Source: Candidatus Latescibacterota bacterium
Lineage (GTDB): Bacteria; Latescibacterota; UBA2968
Assembly: GCA_965198115.1 (NCBI GenBank)
Contig: OZ240241.1
Coordinates: 1,632,001-1,696,000, forward strand
Length of the DNA stretch: 64,000 nt
Direction of reading: 5' to 3'
This document shows, piece by piece, positions 21,267-31,496 of the stretch. A model generated the notes under the pieces. It was not told the origin of the DNA and did not search any database. It saw only the letters and a list, made by a program, of their open reading frames with translations. Numbering within the stretch: the stretch's first letter is position 1; the number at the start of each line of letters is the position of its first letter. A program made the position numbers and the translations under genes.

Positions 21267-22627
21267 GGGTGCGCCACCGCCTCTCCAAGAAGCGTCTTTT
21301 GCGTAGCGTCCGTGATCCGCACGGGGACGAAGGTGTTGGGCGCCGCATCCGAAGGAAATACGACCGTCTTGAAGCCGTCCGATTTTCCGAACACACGGCC
21401 CTCGCCCTTGCGCGCCGTCCCTTCGACGAGAACGTCCAACACGCTGCCCACGTAAGTTCGATTGACCTCTTTGGAGATCTGGCTCTGGAGCGCGATCAGC
21501 CTTTCCAGACGCCGACCCTTCTCCGCTTCGGAAACCGTGTTCGGAATCTCCCGATGGGCGATCGTCCCGTCCCGCTCGGAGTACTTGAACGTGAAAGCGA
21601 AGTCGTAGCGCACCCGCCTCATCAGATCGAGTGTTTCCTCGAAATCCCCCTCTGTCTCCCCCGGAAAACCGACGATCACATCGGTGGACAACGCAAGCGT
21701 CGGCACGGCGTCACGAAGTCGATCGACGAGCCTCAGGTAGCTCTCCCGGTCATAGGTTCGCTGCATCCGTTCGAGGACCCGTGTGGAACCCGACTGAACC
21801 GGAAGGTGCACGAACTTGCACACCTCGTCGATCTCGGCCATCGTCTGGATCAGCTTTTCATCGAAGTCACTCGGATGGGGGGACGTAAACCGGACGCGAT
21901 CGATACCGGGGACACCGGCGACCCGCAGCAACAGATCCGAAAAGTCACACGCTCCGTCACGATAGGAATTGACGGTCTGCCCGAGTAGCGTGACCTCCCG
22001 GAAACCCTGTCCCGCTGCGACTTCCACCTGTCTGACGATCTCCTCCACACGAACACTTCGCTCGCGTCCTCGCACGTAGGGCACGACGCAGAACGTGCAA
22101 AACTTATCGCAGCCCCGCTGGACCGTAATCCACGCGTTGACCCCGTCGGCGCGCACGGGATCGACTCCGTCGTAGTGCTCTTCTCGATCCAGTCGCACGT
22201 GCAGGGCCGGCTCAGTCTTCGACCGCGTCACCAGGTCGGCCAGCTCGCGATAGGAATCAGGGCCCATCACCAGATCGACGTAGGGCAGTCGGTCCATCAG
22301 TCCTTCGGCCATGTGCTTGGCCATGCATCCGCAGACCCCGAGCAGCACGTCAGGATTCCTGATCTTCAGATGCCTCAGCTGGCCGAGCCTGCCGAGAACG
22401 CGCTCCTCGGCGTGCTCGCGAATGGCACACGTATTCAGCAGAACCACGTCGGCCTCTTCGGGCGTCGCTGCCGTGGAGAATCCGGCCTCGTCCAAAACGC
22501 CACGTATCAGCTCGGAGTCGGACACGTTCATCTGACACCCATAGGTCTCGATGAAAACCGCCCCTGAAGACTTCCCGAACCCGGGCTCGTGGGCGGACGC
22601 AATGTCGACCAATGTGTCCACGTTCAC
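21263..22627 (-). CDS. miaB: tRNA-2-methylthio-N6-dimethylallyladenosine synthase MiaB
   Basis: ETYGCQMNVSDSE, NTCAIREHAE, GCDKFCTFCVVP and a TRAM domain. Start placed at the GTG overlapping the queG stop. Confidence 0.95.
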   Translation of the reverse strand: MNVDTLVDIASAHEPGFGKSSGAVFIETYGCQMNVSDSELIRGVLDEAGFSTAATPEEADVVLLNTCAIREHAEERVLGRLGQLRHLKIRNPDVLLGVCGCMAKHMAEGLMDRLPYVDLVMGPDSYRELADLVTRSKTEPALHVRLDREEHYDGVDPVRADGVNAWITVQRGCDKFCTFCVVPYVRGRERSVRVEEIVRQVEVAAGQGFREVTLLGQTVNSYRDGACDFSDLLLRVAGVPGIDRVRFTSPHPSDFDEKLIQTMAEIDEVCKFVHLPVQSGSTRVLERMQRTYDRESYLRLVDRLRDAVPTLALSTDVIVGFPGETEGDFEETLDLMRRVRYDFAFTFKYSERDGTIAHREIPNTVSEAEKGRRLERLIALQSQISKEVNRTYVGSVLDVLVEGTARKGEGRVFGKSDGFKTVVFPSDAAPNTFVPVRITDATQKTLLGEAVAHP

Positions 22628-23751
22628 TCCGTTCCGATGGCGCTCAACGCATCCTCGATTTCGACGCGTACACACTCATCGCCTTCATCCTTCAACGCCT
22701 CGGTCAGCACGTCTTTGGCTTCATCGCCACCGATCTGCCCGAGGGCCCACGCGGCGTGGCCACGAACGAGGGGTTCCTCATCGACCAGGGCATCTCCCAA
22801 AACAGGGACATCGCCCTCACCTCCCGTGTTGCCGAGAGCGACTGCGGCATTTCTCAAAAGGCCACGGCGCTTCGTCCGTTTGACCGGACTCTTGCTGAAT
22901 GTCCTGCTGAATTCCGCCTGGTTCATCCTCAGCAAGTCAGCCAGGACGGGCCGATCCCGACCTGCTTTCGGCGCCAACGCCGGATCCTCGGTCGTCTGCC
23001 CGTGCTTTTCGTTCCAGGGGCAGACGTCCTGGCACACATCGCATCCGTAGATCCAATCTCCCACGCCCGTCCGCAATTCCTTCGGAATCGCCCCCTTCAA
23101 CTCGATCGTAAGGTACGATATGCACTTGCGTGAATCCAGTTCGTAGGGGGCGACGATTGCGTCGGTCGGACAGGCCTCGATGCAGCGCACACACGTGCCG
23201 CAGTGGTCGGTCGTCGGCGCGTCGCCCTGCAGGTCCAGGGTCAGAAGAATCTCTCCGATGAAGAAAAAAGACCCCGAGCGCTGGTGAATCAGGTTGGTGT
23301 GCTTGCCGAACCAGCCCAGGCCGGCCGCTTCCGCAAAATCCCGTTCGAGCACGGGACCCGTGTCGACGTAGACCTTGCCCTCCGTGTCGGGCCACCTCTT
23401 CCGGATCTCGTCCAGGACGGCCTGGAGACGGGGCGTCATCACGTCGTGATAGTCATCGCCCCGCGCGTAGGACGAGATCTGCCCCGTCGGCTCCGACCCC
23501 GGCCCGTCACTCGGCCCCGGATGGTAGAGCGCGCCCACGCACAGAATCGAGCGTGCACCCGGCAGGATGGCCCTCGGATCGCCCCTCCGGTCGAGGTTGC
23601 GGGCCAGGTAGGCCATTTGGCCGCCGAATCCCCGACCCAGCCAGTCTTCGTAGGCCTGCCAGTGAGTGGGAGGAGCCGCCGAAGCCACACCGACCAGATC
23701 GAAGCCGGCCGCGCGTGCCAGATCCTTCACCTGTTGGGTAACCGGCTTCAA
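22624..23751 (-). CDS. queG: Epoxyqueuosine reductase
   Basis: YARGDDYH, VDTGPVLER, CGTCVRCIEACPT, CISYLTIE, GCDVCQDVCPWN and C-terminal HEAT repeats. Confidence 0.96.
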   Translation of the reverse strand: MKPVTQQVKDLARAAGFDLVGVASAAPPTHWQAYEDWLGRGFGGQMAYLARNLDRRGDPRAILPGARSILCVGALYHPGPSDGPGSEPTGQISSYARGDDYHDVMTPRLQAVLDEIRKRWPDTEGKVYVDTGPVLERDFAEAAGLGWFGKHTNLIHQRSGSFFFIGEILLTLDLQGDAPTTDHCGTCVRCIEACPTDAIVAPYELDSRKCISYLTIELKGAIPKELRTGVGDWIYGCDVCQDVCPWNEKHGQTTEDPALAPKAGRDRPVLADLLRMNQAEFSRTFSKSPVKRTKRRGLLRNAAVALGNTGGEGDVPVLGDALVDEEPLVRGHAAWALGQIGGDEAKDVLTEALKDEGDECVRVEIEDALSAIGTE

Positions 23752-23764
23752 TCGATCCCAAAGG

Positions 23765-23796
23765 AAAAGGGCAGAACACGCTTGGTGCCCTGCCCT
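23765..23796 (-). terminator. Terminator-like hairpin between the IscU-like gene and queG
   Basis: On the minus strand: AGGGCAGGGCAC-caagc-GTGTTCTGCCCT followed by TTTCC. Confidence 0.55.
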
Positions 23797-23817
23797 GAAC
23801 AGTCGCGTGAATGCCCG

Positions 23818-24198
23818 TCAGCTCGGTGGGGCATCCGCAGCCAACGCCGTCAAGGCAGCGCTCACGGCATCGGCGGCAAGACGAGCAGCGTGACGCCGAG
23901 TCGGGGGCAGTCCACCCAGCGCCTCTTCCACGTCAGCGGCGGTGATGTTCAACCCCTCGATCGGTCTTCCATTCAACAGCTCGGTCAGAATCGACGCTGC
24001 CGCGATCGTTGCCGTACACCCCTGAGCGCTGAATCGCGTCTCCGCTACGCGCCCGTCGGTGATTCGAACGTGAATCTCGAGCACCGCTCCCGTCACCGGA
24101 TTCGTGGCCCCGCCAACGGCGTCGGGCTCCTCGAGCGTGCCGACATTTCTCGGATTCCGAAAATGATCGAGCGCGATCTCGCTATATGGGTCCGACAC
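23818..24198 (-). CDS. IscU/NifU-N-like scaffold protein lacking two of the three Cys ligands
   Basis: YSEIALDHFRNPRNVG, F.AQGCTATIAAAS and LGGLPPTRRH. Confidence 0.85.
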   Translation of the reverse strand: MSDPYSEIALDHFRNPRNVGTLEEPDAVGGATNPVTGAVLEIHVRITDGRVAETRFSAQGCTATIAAASILTELLNGRPIEGLNITAADVEEALGGLPPTRRHAARLAADAVSAALTALAADAPPS

Positions 24199-24204
24199 GG
24201 TGTC

Positions 24205-24705
24205 TCAGTAGTGCACGTTGTCGAGTGGGCGACGCGGTGGCGTCAGGGTCACACGCTCATCGACCTCGAGCAGCCGCTCTTTCGTATAAATGAAGTCCGC
24301 CCGGCTCTCCGCTGCAAGTTCGGACCGTTCGGTCATGACGATCGCGTCTTCGGGACACGCCTCGACGCACATCCCGCAGAATATACAGCGGAGCATGTCG
24401 ATCTCGAACCGATGCGGGTACTTCTCACGATCCGGCCACGGAGCTTCGGCCGCCTCGATCGTTATGCAATCGGCAGGGCAGGCCGTCGCGCACATGTAGC
24501 ACGCCACGCACTTCGGGCGACCCTGGTCGTCTTTAGTCAGCTTGTGGAGGCCGCGATACCCCTCGGGTTTTTCCCACGTCTCTTCCGGGTACTGCATCGT
24601 GATCTTCTTTCCGAAAAGATGCTTGAAGGTCAGCGACAGGCCTTTTGTGATTGCCGGAAGATACATCTTTTCGGTCAGCGTCATTTCGTGACCTACTTTT
24701 ACCAT
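24205..24705 (-). CDS. nuoI: NADH-quinone oxidoreductase subunit I
   Basis: ITMQYPEE, YRGLH, CVACYMCATACP, FEIDMLRCIFCGMCVEACP and YTKERLL. Confidence 0.92.
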   Translation of the reverse strand: MVKVGHEMTLTEKMYLPAITKGLSLTFKHLFGKKITMQYPEETWEKPEGYRGLHKLTKDDQGRPKCVACYMCATACPADCITIEAAEAPWPDREKYPHRFEIDMLRCIFCGMCVEACPEDAIVMTERSELAAESRADFIYTKERLLEVDERVTLTPPRRPLDNVHY

Positions 24706-26356
24706 TCTTACGGTCTCCTCTGCGGTTCCGGTTGCGACCCCGGCGCCGCTTGTTGTTCGGCCGGCCCGCCCACTCCGTTGCCACGGTCTGGCGGATCACT
24801 GTCACTTGAATCTCGCCGGGATAGGTCATCTCTTCCCGGATTTTCTGCGCGATATCGAACGAAAGGTTCTTGGCCTGCTCGTCGCTGATGCGACCTGCGT
24901 TCGCCATCACCCGAACTTCGCGCCCGGCGTTGATGGCGTAGGCATCCCGTACACCCTGGAACGCCCGCGCCAAATCCTCCAAATCGCGCACGCGATTGAT
25001 GTAGGCGTCGGCGTCGTCTCGCCTGGCCCCGGGGCGCGATGATGAAATGGCGTCAGCTGCTTTGACGAGGAAAGAAATCGGCGAACTCGGCTCCGCTTCC
25101 TCGTGATGATAGAGGATGGCGTTGATGACCTCGGGTCCCTCGCCGTACTTCTTGGCGAGATCGACACCGATGCCGATGTGCGTCCCCTCTTGCTCGTGAT
25201 CGACCGCTTTCCCGATGTCGTGAAGCAGGGCGCATCGACGTGCGATCTTTTCATCCAGCCTCAGCTCCGAAGCCATAGCCCCGGCCAAGTAGGCAACTTC
25301 CTTGCAGTGCCCGATCATGCTCTGGCCGAAACTCGTACGGTATTTCAGCTTGCCGACCAGCTTGATCATTTCGGGGTGCATCTTCTCCACCCCGACCTCT
25401 TTCACTGCCCTGCGACCCTCTTCCTCGATCACGCTTTCGATCTTCTTTTCACTCGCGGCAACCACTTCTTCGACGCGACCCGGGCTGATTCGCCCTTCCC
25501 TCACCAGCTGCTCCATAGCCAGCCTGGCGACATCACGTTTGATCGGGTCGAAGCTCGACAACACGACCGCTTCTGGCGTGTCGTTCACGATCACCTTGAC
25601 GCCTGCCGCAGCTTCGAAGGAGATGATGTTGCGACCTTCTTTGCCGACGATGCGTCCTTTGATGTCGTCGTCGGGGAGGGGTACGACCGAGATGGAAGAC
25701 TGAACCGTCTGGTCGGTGGAGCAGCGCTCGATGGCGTTCGCGATGATGCGCTTGGCCTCTCGTTCGGCCTGCTCTTTGGCCTGATCGATCTTTTCCCGGC
25801 CGATTTCGGTCGCCACGCGCTGAAGATCGTTCCTGATCTGTTCCAGGAGCATCTCCCGTGCGTGCTCGGCGTTCATGCCGGAAACGCGCTCGAGCTTCGA
25901 TCGTTGCTCGCGCAGCAGGGTCTCGAGATCCTCGTTCTGCCGCTTGAGCCGGTTCTCCAGTCTTTGTGCTTCCTTTTCTCGCCGACCGACACTCCGCTCT
26001 CGATCGCCCACGACTTCGAGTCGACCGGAAGCTTCGGTTTCCTGAGCCTGCAGGTCCGATTCGCGCGTGTCGAGTTCGGCCCTTTTTACGTCGATCGACT
26101 CTTCATACTTCGCCTTGGAATCGTACCAGGCGTTCTTCTCTTCTAAGAATGTTTCTTTCCGTTGTCGGTCGGCTTTTTCGACCAAATTGCCGACACGACG
26201 CTCGTTTTCGGTTTCGATTTCCTTGAGTTGCCGGGTCTTGACGCGGGCACAGAAGACCCACCCCAAGCCGAACAGGAGGATGGCACCCGCCAGGCCGCCT
26301 CCCAGCCACACCACATCCGGTGCCATCGAAGCTCCCTGAAGCCACGAAACGTCCAT
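24533..26356 (-). CDS. rny: Ribonuclease Y (C-terminus as sequenced overlaps nuoI by 173 nt; possible indel near 24740)
   Basis: N-terminal TM helix, coiled coil, KH motif KGRIVGKEGRNI, HD motif LLHDIGK, ADAISSSRPGARR and YPGEIQVTVIR. Confidence 0.95.
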   Translation of the reverse strand: MDVSWLQGASMAPDVVWLGGGLAGAILLFGLGWVFCARVKTRQLKEIETENERRVGNLVEKADRQRKETFLEEKNAWYDSKAKYEESIDVKRAELDTRESDLQAQETEASGRLEVVGDRERSVGRREKEAQRLENRLKRQNEDLETLLREQRSKLERVSGMNAEHAREMLLEQIRNDLQRVATEIGREKIDQAKEQAEREAKRIIANAIERCSTDQTVQSSISVVPLPDDDIKGRIVGKEGRNIISFEAAAGVKVIVNDTPEAVVLSSFDPIKRDVARLAMEQLVREGRISPGRVEEVVAASEKKIESVIEEEGRRAVKEVGVEKMHPEMIKLVGKLKYRTSFGQSMIGHCKEVAYLAGAMASELRLDEKIARRCALLHDIGKAVDHEQEGTHIGIGVDLAKKYGEGPEVINAILYHHEEAEPSSPISFLVKAADAISSSRPGARRDDADAYINRVRDLEDLARAFQGVRDAYAINAGREVRVMANAGRISDEQAKNLSFDIAQKIREEMTYPGEIQVTVIRQTVATEWAGRPNNKRRRGRNRNRRGDRKNGKSRSRNDADRKDVSSGNHKRPVADLQASFRKEDHDAVPGRDVGKTRGVSRPPQAD

Positions 26357-26593
26357 CGGAGCCTCCGATCATCACACACATTCAGATCCAGGCGTGAAGA
26401 CATCGAGATCGACAGACGCAGGGCGTCGTTTGCCACCCGTGGTACAAGGGTCGTCGGAATCAGACCTGTTAGGAAGCCGTCGATCACAAGCCGTGTCTCC
26501 ACGGCGCCACCGATTGCCGGTCGCGCAGAATGGACGCAGGGGAAAAACCGAAACCGCCTCTCCCCCGCGTGAAGCACGTGGCACGAAAAGTCT

Positions 26594-26917
26594 TCAAACG
26601 CTGAACGACTCTCCGCACCCGCATTGATTCTTGGCATTGGGGTTGTTGATCTTGAACCCCTGCCCCATCAGGCCGTCGTCGAAATCGAGCTCAGACCCGG
26701 CCAGGTAGAGCGCGCTCTTCATGTCGATAAACAGGCGCACTCCGTGACTTTCGACCACGTTCGTGTCGTCTGTCGGTGCTGCTTCGAACTCGAGCTTGTA
26801 CTGCAGACCCGAGCAGCCCCCACCCACGACCCGCATACGCAGCCCGTAGTCGGGTTGTCCCTCGCGTTCGAGCAGGCCCTGGATTTTTTCGGCGGCTGTT
26901 TCCGTCACGGTCAACAT
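26594..26917 (-). CDS. IscA/HesB/ErpA-family Fe-S carrier protein
   Basis: GGGCSGLQY and NPNAKNQCGCGESF. Confidence 0.95.
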   Translation of the reverse strand: MLTVTETAAEKIQGLLEREGQPDYGLRMRVVGGGCSGLQYKLEFEAAPTDDTNVVESHGVRLFIDMKSALYLAGSELDFDDGLMGQGFKINNPNAKNQCGCGESFSV

Positions 26918-26941
26918 AACACGTTCTCCCGTCCCTCCCTC

Positions 26942-27421
26942 TCAGTTCAACGAGGTGAGGCACGCCTTTACAGCATCGAAGTCGGGCAACACGCCGGCGT
27001 CTTCGGACACACTGGCGAATCGGACGACGCCATCCTTGTCGATCACGAAAGCCGACCGCTTTGCGACGCCCTCGAAACCCAGAAGATCCTCGTACTTGCA
27101 GTCATACGCGGCGCAGACCTCTTTGTTGAAGTCGCTAAGCAAAGGCACTGCGATGTTACTGTCTTTAGCCCAGGCCTCCTGTGCAAAAGGGCTGTCGACG
27201 CTGATGGCCAGGACCTGGGCGTTCAATCCCTCGTAATCGTTCAGACCGCCGCTCACTGAGCAGAGCTCGTCGGTACAGATCGACGTATAAGCGAGCGGAA
27301 CGAACAGCAATACGACGTTCTGCTTTCCTTTGTAGTCTCCTAATGATACATCGTCCAGACCCTCGTCCGTCTTTCGCTTGAGCGTGAAATCCGGGGCCTG
27401 GTCTCCAACATTAACGGGCAT
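26942..27421 (-). CDS. Peroxiredoxin (AhpC/TSA family, AhpE-like)
   Basis: GDQAPDFTL, FVPLAYTSICTDELC, ISVDSPF and RSAFVIDKDGVVR. Confidence 0.92.
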   Translation of the reverse strand: MPVNVGDQAPDFTLKRKTDEGLDDVSLGDYKGKQNVVLLFVPLAYTSICTDELCSVSGGLNDYEGLNAQVLAISVDSPFAQEAWAKDSNIAVPLLSDFNKEVCAAYDCKYEDLLGFEGVAKRSAFVIDKDGVVRFASVSEDAGVLPDFDAVKACLTSLN

Positions 27422-27455
27422 GGATCCTCCAGATGAAATGTTGTTGCGCGAGACC

Positions 27456-28070
27456 TTACCCAGCGGCCTCGTAGAGCTCGTTCACTTTGTTCCAGTTGAT
27501 CACGTTTTCCCACGCGGCGATGTAGTCCGGGCGACGGTTCTGGTAGTTGAGGTAATACGCGTGCTCCCAGACGTCGAGCCCCAGAATCGGTGTGCCCTCA
27601 CCCGTCATCACGGGGTTGTCCTGATTGGGCGTGCTCAGAATGTCGACCTGGCCCCCACCCGTAGCGATGAGCCACGCCCACCCACTGCCAAACCGGGTCG
27701 CGGCGGCCGTGTTGAACGTTTCCTTGCACTTTTCACCATCGCCAAACTTGGCGTGAACAGCATTCATGAGCGCCTCGGAAGGCTCGCCACCCTCGCCCTC
27801 AGGTGCCATGATCTGCCAGAACAAGCTGTGATTGTAATGACCGCCGCCGTTGTTGCGGACGGCCGTCCGCTTGTCTTCGGGCACGCTGTCGAGATCGGCG
27901 ACCAGTTCACCGATCGGTTTGTCTTCGAGGCCCGTGCCTTCCAGTGCGGCGTTCAAATTGGTCACGTAAGCGTTGTGGTGTTTACCGTGGTGGATTTCCA
28001 TCGTCTGTGCATCGATGTGGGGCGCGAGTGCGTCGTGAGCATAGGGAAGATCGGGCAGCGTGTGCGCCAT
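27456..28070 (-). CDS. sodA: Mn/Fe superoxide dismutase
   Basis: [41 protein letters not shown] and DVWEHAYY; the GGG and NQD residues are Mn-type. Confidence 0.95.
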   Translation of the reverse strand: MAHTLPDLPYAHDALAPHIDAQTMEIHHGKHHNAYVTNLNAALEGTGLEDKPIGELVADLDSVPEDKRTAVRNNGGGHYNHSLFWQIMAPEGEGGEPSEALMNAVHAKFGDGEKCKETFNTAAATRFGSGWAWLIATGGGQVDILSTPNQDNPVMTGEGTPILGLDVWEHAYYLNYQNRRPDYIAAWENVINWNKVNELYEAAG

Positions 28071-28182
28071 CGGTGTAGCTCCTCTCTGAGGGAAGCGGGT
28101 TCGTTCCCTGAATGGGCCGCGGGGAAATGCGACGCGGACAGGGATCAATAAACAATAGGTATGTTCAGGTGAGAATAGAGAG

Positions 28183-28211
28183 AATATATAGTAGTGGTTC
28201 GGACGCGTCAA
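28183..28211 (-). promoter_or_regulatory. Sigma70 promoter for sodA
   Basis: TTGACG-N17-TATATT on the minus strand, in an AT-rich stretch. Confidence 0.65.
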
Positions 28212-28251
28212 GATCGGCCCAAAAGCGCCCTTTTTCAGAAAAAACCGGGAC

Positions 28252-29130
28252 TTAGACGCGATTTTTCGGGCCAGAATCCGGGCTCAGAATCAGGTTGTCG
28301 ATCAGCCTCGCTCGCCCGAACCGCACGGCTGTCGCCAGCAGTGTGGGGGCCTGAATCCTGGACACGGGCTGAAGGGTCTCGAGATCGACCGCTTCCACGT
28401 AGTCGACGTCTCCCACTCTCTTCAGCGCCTCCCGAACGGCGGCGACCACGCGATCTCCCCGACGCTCCCCGACCTCGACGGTCGCCGCACCCGCTTGAAG
28501 CGCGTGATACAGGAGCGGGGCGACGCGGCGTTCCTCTGCGCTCAGATACGCATTGCGGGAACTCCTCGCCAAACCGTCGCTCTCCCTGATCGTCGGTGAC
28601 ACAAGGACTTCCACGTCGAAACCGAGATCGGCAGCCAAACGCTCGATGACTTTGGCCTGCTGTGCGTCCTTTTGACCGAACACCGCAAAGTGCGGCTTGA
28701 CCGCGATGAACAGCTTGGTCACGACTGTTGTCACACCCGCGAAATGCCCGGGCCGCGACGCCCCGCAAAGGTGGTCGGTCAGCCCGAGGACCTCGACCTG
28801 GCTGGTGAACGCCTCGGGATAGATCTCGGCCAGGTCGGGGGCAAAAATCGCGTCGACGCCGGCTCGTTCGATCCACGCACGGTCGGTTTCAAAGTCGCGA
28901 GGGTAGCTGGCGAAATCTTCTGCGGGGCCGAATTGCTTGGGATTGACGAAAACCGTGGCGACGGTGCGATCCGCCACGCGAACCGCACGCTCGATCAGGC
29001 TCAGGTGGCCGCCGTGGAGCGCCCCCATCGTCGGGACGCAGCCGACGCGGAGACCTTCGCATCGCCACGCCTCGGACAGTCGCTGCATCTCCCGAACCGA
29101 CCGGATCACGCGGAGGGGGTCACGGCCCAC
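28252..29130 (-). CDS. panC: Pantoate--beta-alanine ligase
   Basis: [49 protein letters not shown] and RLIDN. Confidence 0.97.
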   Translation of the reverse strand: MGRDPLRVIRSVREMQRLSEAWRCEGLRVGCVPTMGALHGGHLSLIERAVRVADRTVATVFVNPKQFGPAEDFASYPRDFETDRAWIERAGVDAIFAPDLAEIYPEAFTSQVEVLGLTDHLCGASRPGHFAGVTTVVTKLFIAVKPHFAVFGQKDAQQAKVIERLAADLGFDVEVLVSPTIRESDGLARSSRNAYLSAEERRVAPLLYHALQAGAATVEVGERRGDRVVAAVREALKRVGDVDYVEAVDLETLQPVSRIQAPTLLATAVRFGRARLIDNLILSPDSGPKNRV

Positions 29131-29875
29131 CGGGGAAACGCCTCTCCTTCACGTCCTCGCGGTAGCGTCTGGCCGCTTTCGCCGTGACCTCGAACAGATC
29201 CGCATACTTCCGTACGAAGGAGGGCACGCTTTCGTGCTGACCCAGCACGTCGGTAATCACCAGCACCTGCCCGTCGCACTCGCTTCCCGCTCCGATGCCG
29301 ATCGTCGGAACGTCGACCCTCGCCGTGATGTCCTGCGCCGTCTGGTGGGACATGAACTCCAGCACGATCGCGTAGCACCCCGCGTCGGCCAGACGCTCGG
29401 CCTGACGACCGATCCGTGCGGCGGATTCGGGTTTCGTTCCCTGACGCACCGTGCGTTTTGCGGTCTGGGGGAGCAGCCCCACGTGCCCCATGACGGGAAT
29501 GTCCGCGGCCACGAGTCTTTCCACAACCTCGACCCTAGGGCCCTCCAACTTGACGCTGTTCGCGCCAGCGTCGATCAACGCCCGTGCCGAAGCGAGCGCG
29601 TCCTCTGGATTCTCGTAGCTGCCGAAGGGTAGATCGGCGAGCAAATGGGTCGACTCGATCCCCCGCGCCACCGCCTCCACGTGATGTAGCATCATCTCCA
29701 GACTCAGATCCGACGTCCGCTCGAGCCCCAGTTCATTCTGCGCAACCGAGTCTCCGACCAGGAGGATGTCCAGACCGCTCGCGTCCAACGCTCTGGCGGT
29801 CGGGAAATCGTAGACCGTCAGCATGGCAACGGGCTCTCTTCCCTTCATGTCCCGAATGTCCTGGGCAGATTTCAT
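29120..29875 (-). CDS. panB: 3-methyl-2-oxobutanoate hydroxymethyltransferase
   Basis: MLTVYD, LLVGDS, ADLPFGSY, VKLEG, GHVGLLPQ, IGIGAG and DGQVLV. Confidence 0.96.
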   Translation of the reverse strand: MKSAQDIRDMKGREPVAMLTVYDFPTARALDASGLDILLVGDSVAQNELGLERTSDLSLEMMLHHVEAVARGIESTHLLADLPFGSYENPEDALASARALIDAGANSVKLEGPRVEVVERLVAADIPVMGHVGLLPQTAKRTVRQGTKPESAARIGRQAERLADAGCYAIVLEFMSHQTAQDITARVDVPTIGIGAGSECDGQVLVITDVLGQHESVPSFVRKYADLFEVTAKAARRYREDVKERRFPGGP

Positions 29876-29883
29876 GGCACCGA

Positions 29884-30527
29884 TCAGACACTCACCTGTG
29901 TCGGCTGATAGTAGCGTGTACCTGCTGGCGGGGCGCTCACCTGCTCCAACAGGGCCTCGAAGTCCTCGGGGCGATGGGCAAAGTCCACCTGCGAGACATT
30001 CACGACCAGAAGCGGCGACTGCCGGTAGTGAAAGAAGAAGTGCGTGTAGGCTTCGTTCAACCGCGCAAGATACGTATCGGTGATGGCGCGCTCGTAGCCC
30101 CGCCCCCGACTGCGAATCCTGCGGGTCAGATTTTCCACCGTATCCTGCAGAAAAATAACAAGATCGGGCCTAGGAATCCGATCGTCGAGGGTCTCGGCGA
30201 GCCGATCGTAGAGCGCCAACTCGGCCTCGCCCAGCGTCACGTGGGCGTAGATTCCCTCCCGGCCGAACAGACACGTCGACACGACCTGCGATCTGAACAG
30301 ATCGAGCTGATGGAGACTTTGCAACTGACGGTGTAGCGATTGAGAAGATAAAAAACCTGAGTCTGGAACCCGAATCGATCGAGGTCCTCGTAGAACAACG
30401 GTAGAAAGGGGTTGTCATCCGGATCTTCGGCCTCGAGACGAGCCCCCATGCGGGTGGCCAGCATCTGCGCCAAATGGCGTTTGCCGACCCCGGTGACTCC
30501 TTCTACGACGACGTATCGAACGGACAA
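29884..30527 (-). CDS. Deoxynucleoside kinase family protein, split by a frameshift near 30333
   Basis: N-part VVEGVTGVGK...NPFLPLFYED...FQTQVFYLLNRY; C-part QLDLF...PRPDLVIFL...RGRGYE...YLARLNEAY. Lies in the usual folK-dck-panB order. Confidence 0.85.
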
Positions 30528-30545
30528 CAGGCCACCCTTCGAATG

Positions 30546-31052
30546 TCACGCCTCGATGAGAACGACCTCGGGGACCGGCTCCATCGAAGAAGCGTCCACA
30601 AGGGACAACAAGTCGGCGACGGTGCGCCGCACGATGGGATGCACCAGGTGGGGATTCAGATCGCAGAGCGGCTGGAGTACGAACGCCCGTTCGTGCGCGT
30701 GGGGATGCGGGACGGACAGACCCGGAAGCTCGATGACGGAGTCGCCGTGGAACAGGATGTCGAGATCCAAAACCCGCGGCCCCCACCTCTCCTTCCGAAC
30801 GCGGCCGAACACCAGCTCCGTCTTTAAGAAAACGTCGAGCAGGGCTCTGGGTTCGAGCGTCGACTCCAGCTCGAGCACGCCGTTCATAAAGGCCGGCTGA
30901 TCCTGAGGGCCAATCGGAGGATTCCGATAGACCGGTGAGGCGCGAACAACACGGATGCCGGACTCTCTTTGAAGTGCCGTAGTCGCCGACCGGAGCGTCG
31001 CTCCAGGATTCCCGATGTTGCCACCCAACCCAGCGTAGACGATGGCACTCAA
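30546..31052 (-). CDS. folK: 2-amino-4-hydroxy-6-hydroxymethyldihydropteridine diphosphokinase
   Basis: GLGGNIG, RWGPRVLDLDIL and VPHP...ERAFVLQPL. Confidence 0.96.
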   Translation of the reverse strand: MSAIVYAGLGGNIGNPGATLRSATTALQRESGIRVVRASPVYRNPPIGPQDQPAFMNGVLELESTLEPRALLDVFLKTELVFGRVRKERWGPRVLDLDILFHGDSVIELPGLSVPHPHAHERAFVLQPLCDLNPHLVHPIVRRTVADLLSLVDASSMEPVPEVVLIEA

Positions 31053-31441
31053 GAGGGGGTTCGACCCGACCGGCGGACCTCGACCTCGACACCGTCGAAC
31101 TGACCCTCTACAGGGGGATCGGGTTTACGCACGCGCACGACGACGCCACCCACGTCGAACTGCGTCAGAATCGCGTCCGCGATCCGATCGGCCAGCGACT
31201 CGACCAAACCGTAGCGCTCCCCCGTCACGATCTGCTCGGCCAGGGCGAAAACCCCGGGATAGTCGACCACCCCCTCCACGCCCGAAACATCGGGACTGGG
31301 GCCCAGTTCGCGCGTGCCATCGAAGGACGATTCGATTTCCACATCGACCTCGAACCGCTGTCCGAGCCGGCCCTCTTCTGCAAAAAGACCGTGATACCCG
31401 TAAAACCGCATGTTCCGGATGCGAAGCCAATCCCCAGCCAT
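31049..31441 (-). CDS. folB: Dihydroneopterin aldolase
   Basis: FYGYHG...EE..LGQRFEVD, VDY, LVESLADRIA and VRVRKP; adjacent to folK. Confidence 0.93.
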   Translation of the reverse strand: MAGDWLRIRNMRFYGYHGLFAEEGRLGQRFEVDVEIESSFDGTRELGPSPDVSGVEGVVDYPGVFALAEQIVTGERYGLVESLADRIADAILTQFDVGGVVVRVRKPDPPVEGQFDGVEVEVRRSGRTPS

Positions 31442-31496
31442 AGGTGGAATATTTCGGTCACCCGATGCGGAGTCAAGGACAAACTCTGTCTCGATT

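Noticed and set aside
23203-24888. Long antisense ORFs such as 23203..24888, 37637..38917, 53316..54581 and 54530..55735
   Set aside because: Shadow ORFs opposite well-supported genes, expected at this GC content and carrying no recognisable motifs.
26357-26593. Possible 6S RNA upstream of rny, a common location for it
   Set aside because: I could not find the long closing stem with a central bubble or the conserved 6S motifs; only a terminator-like hairpin at about 26535-26569 is evident. An Rfam scan would settle it.
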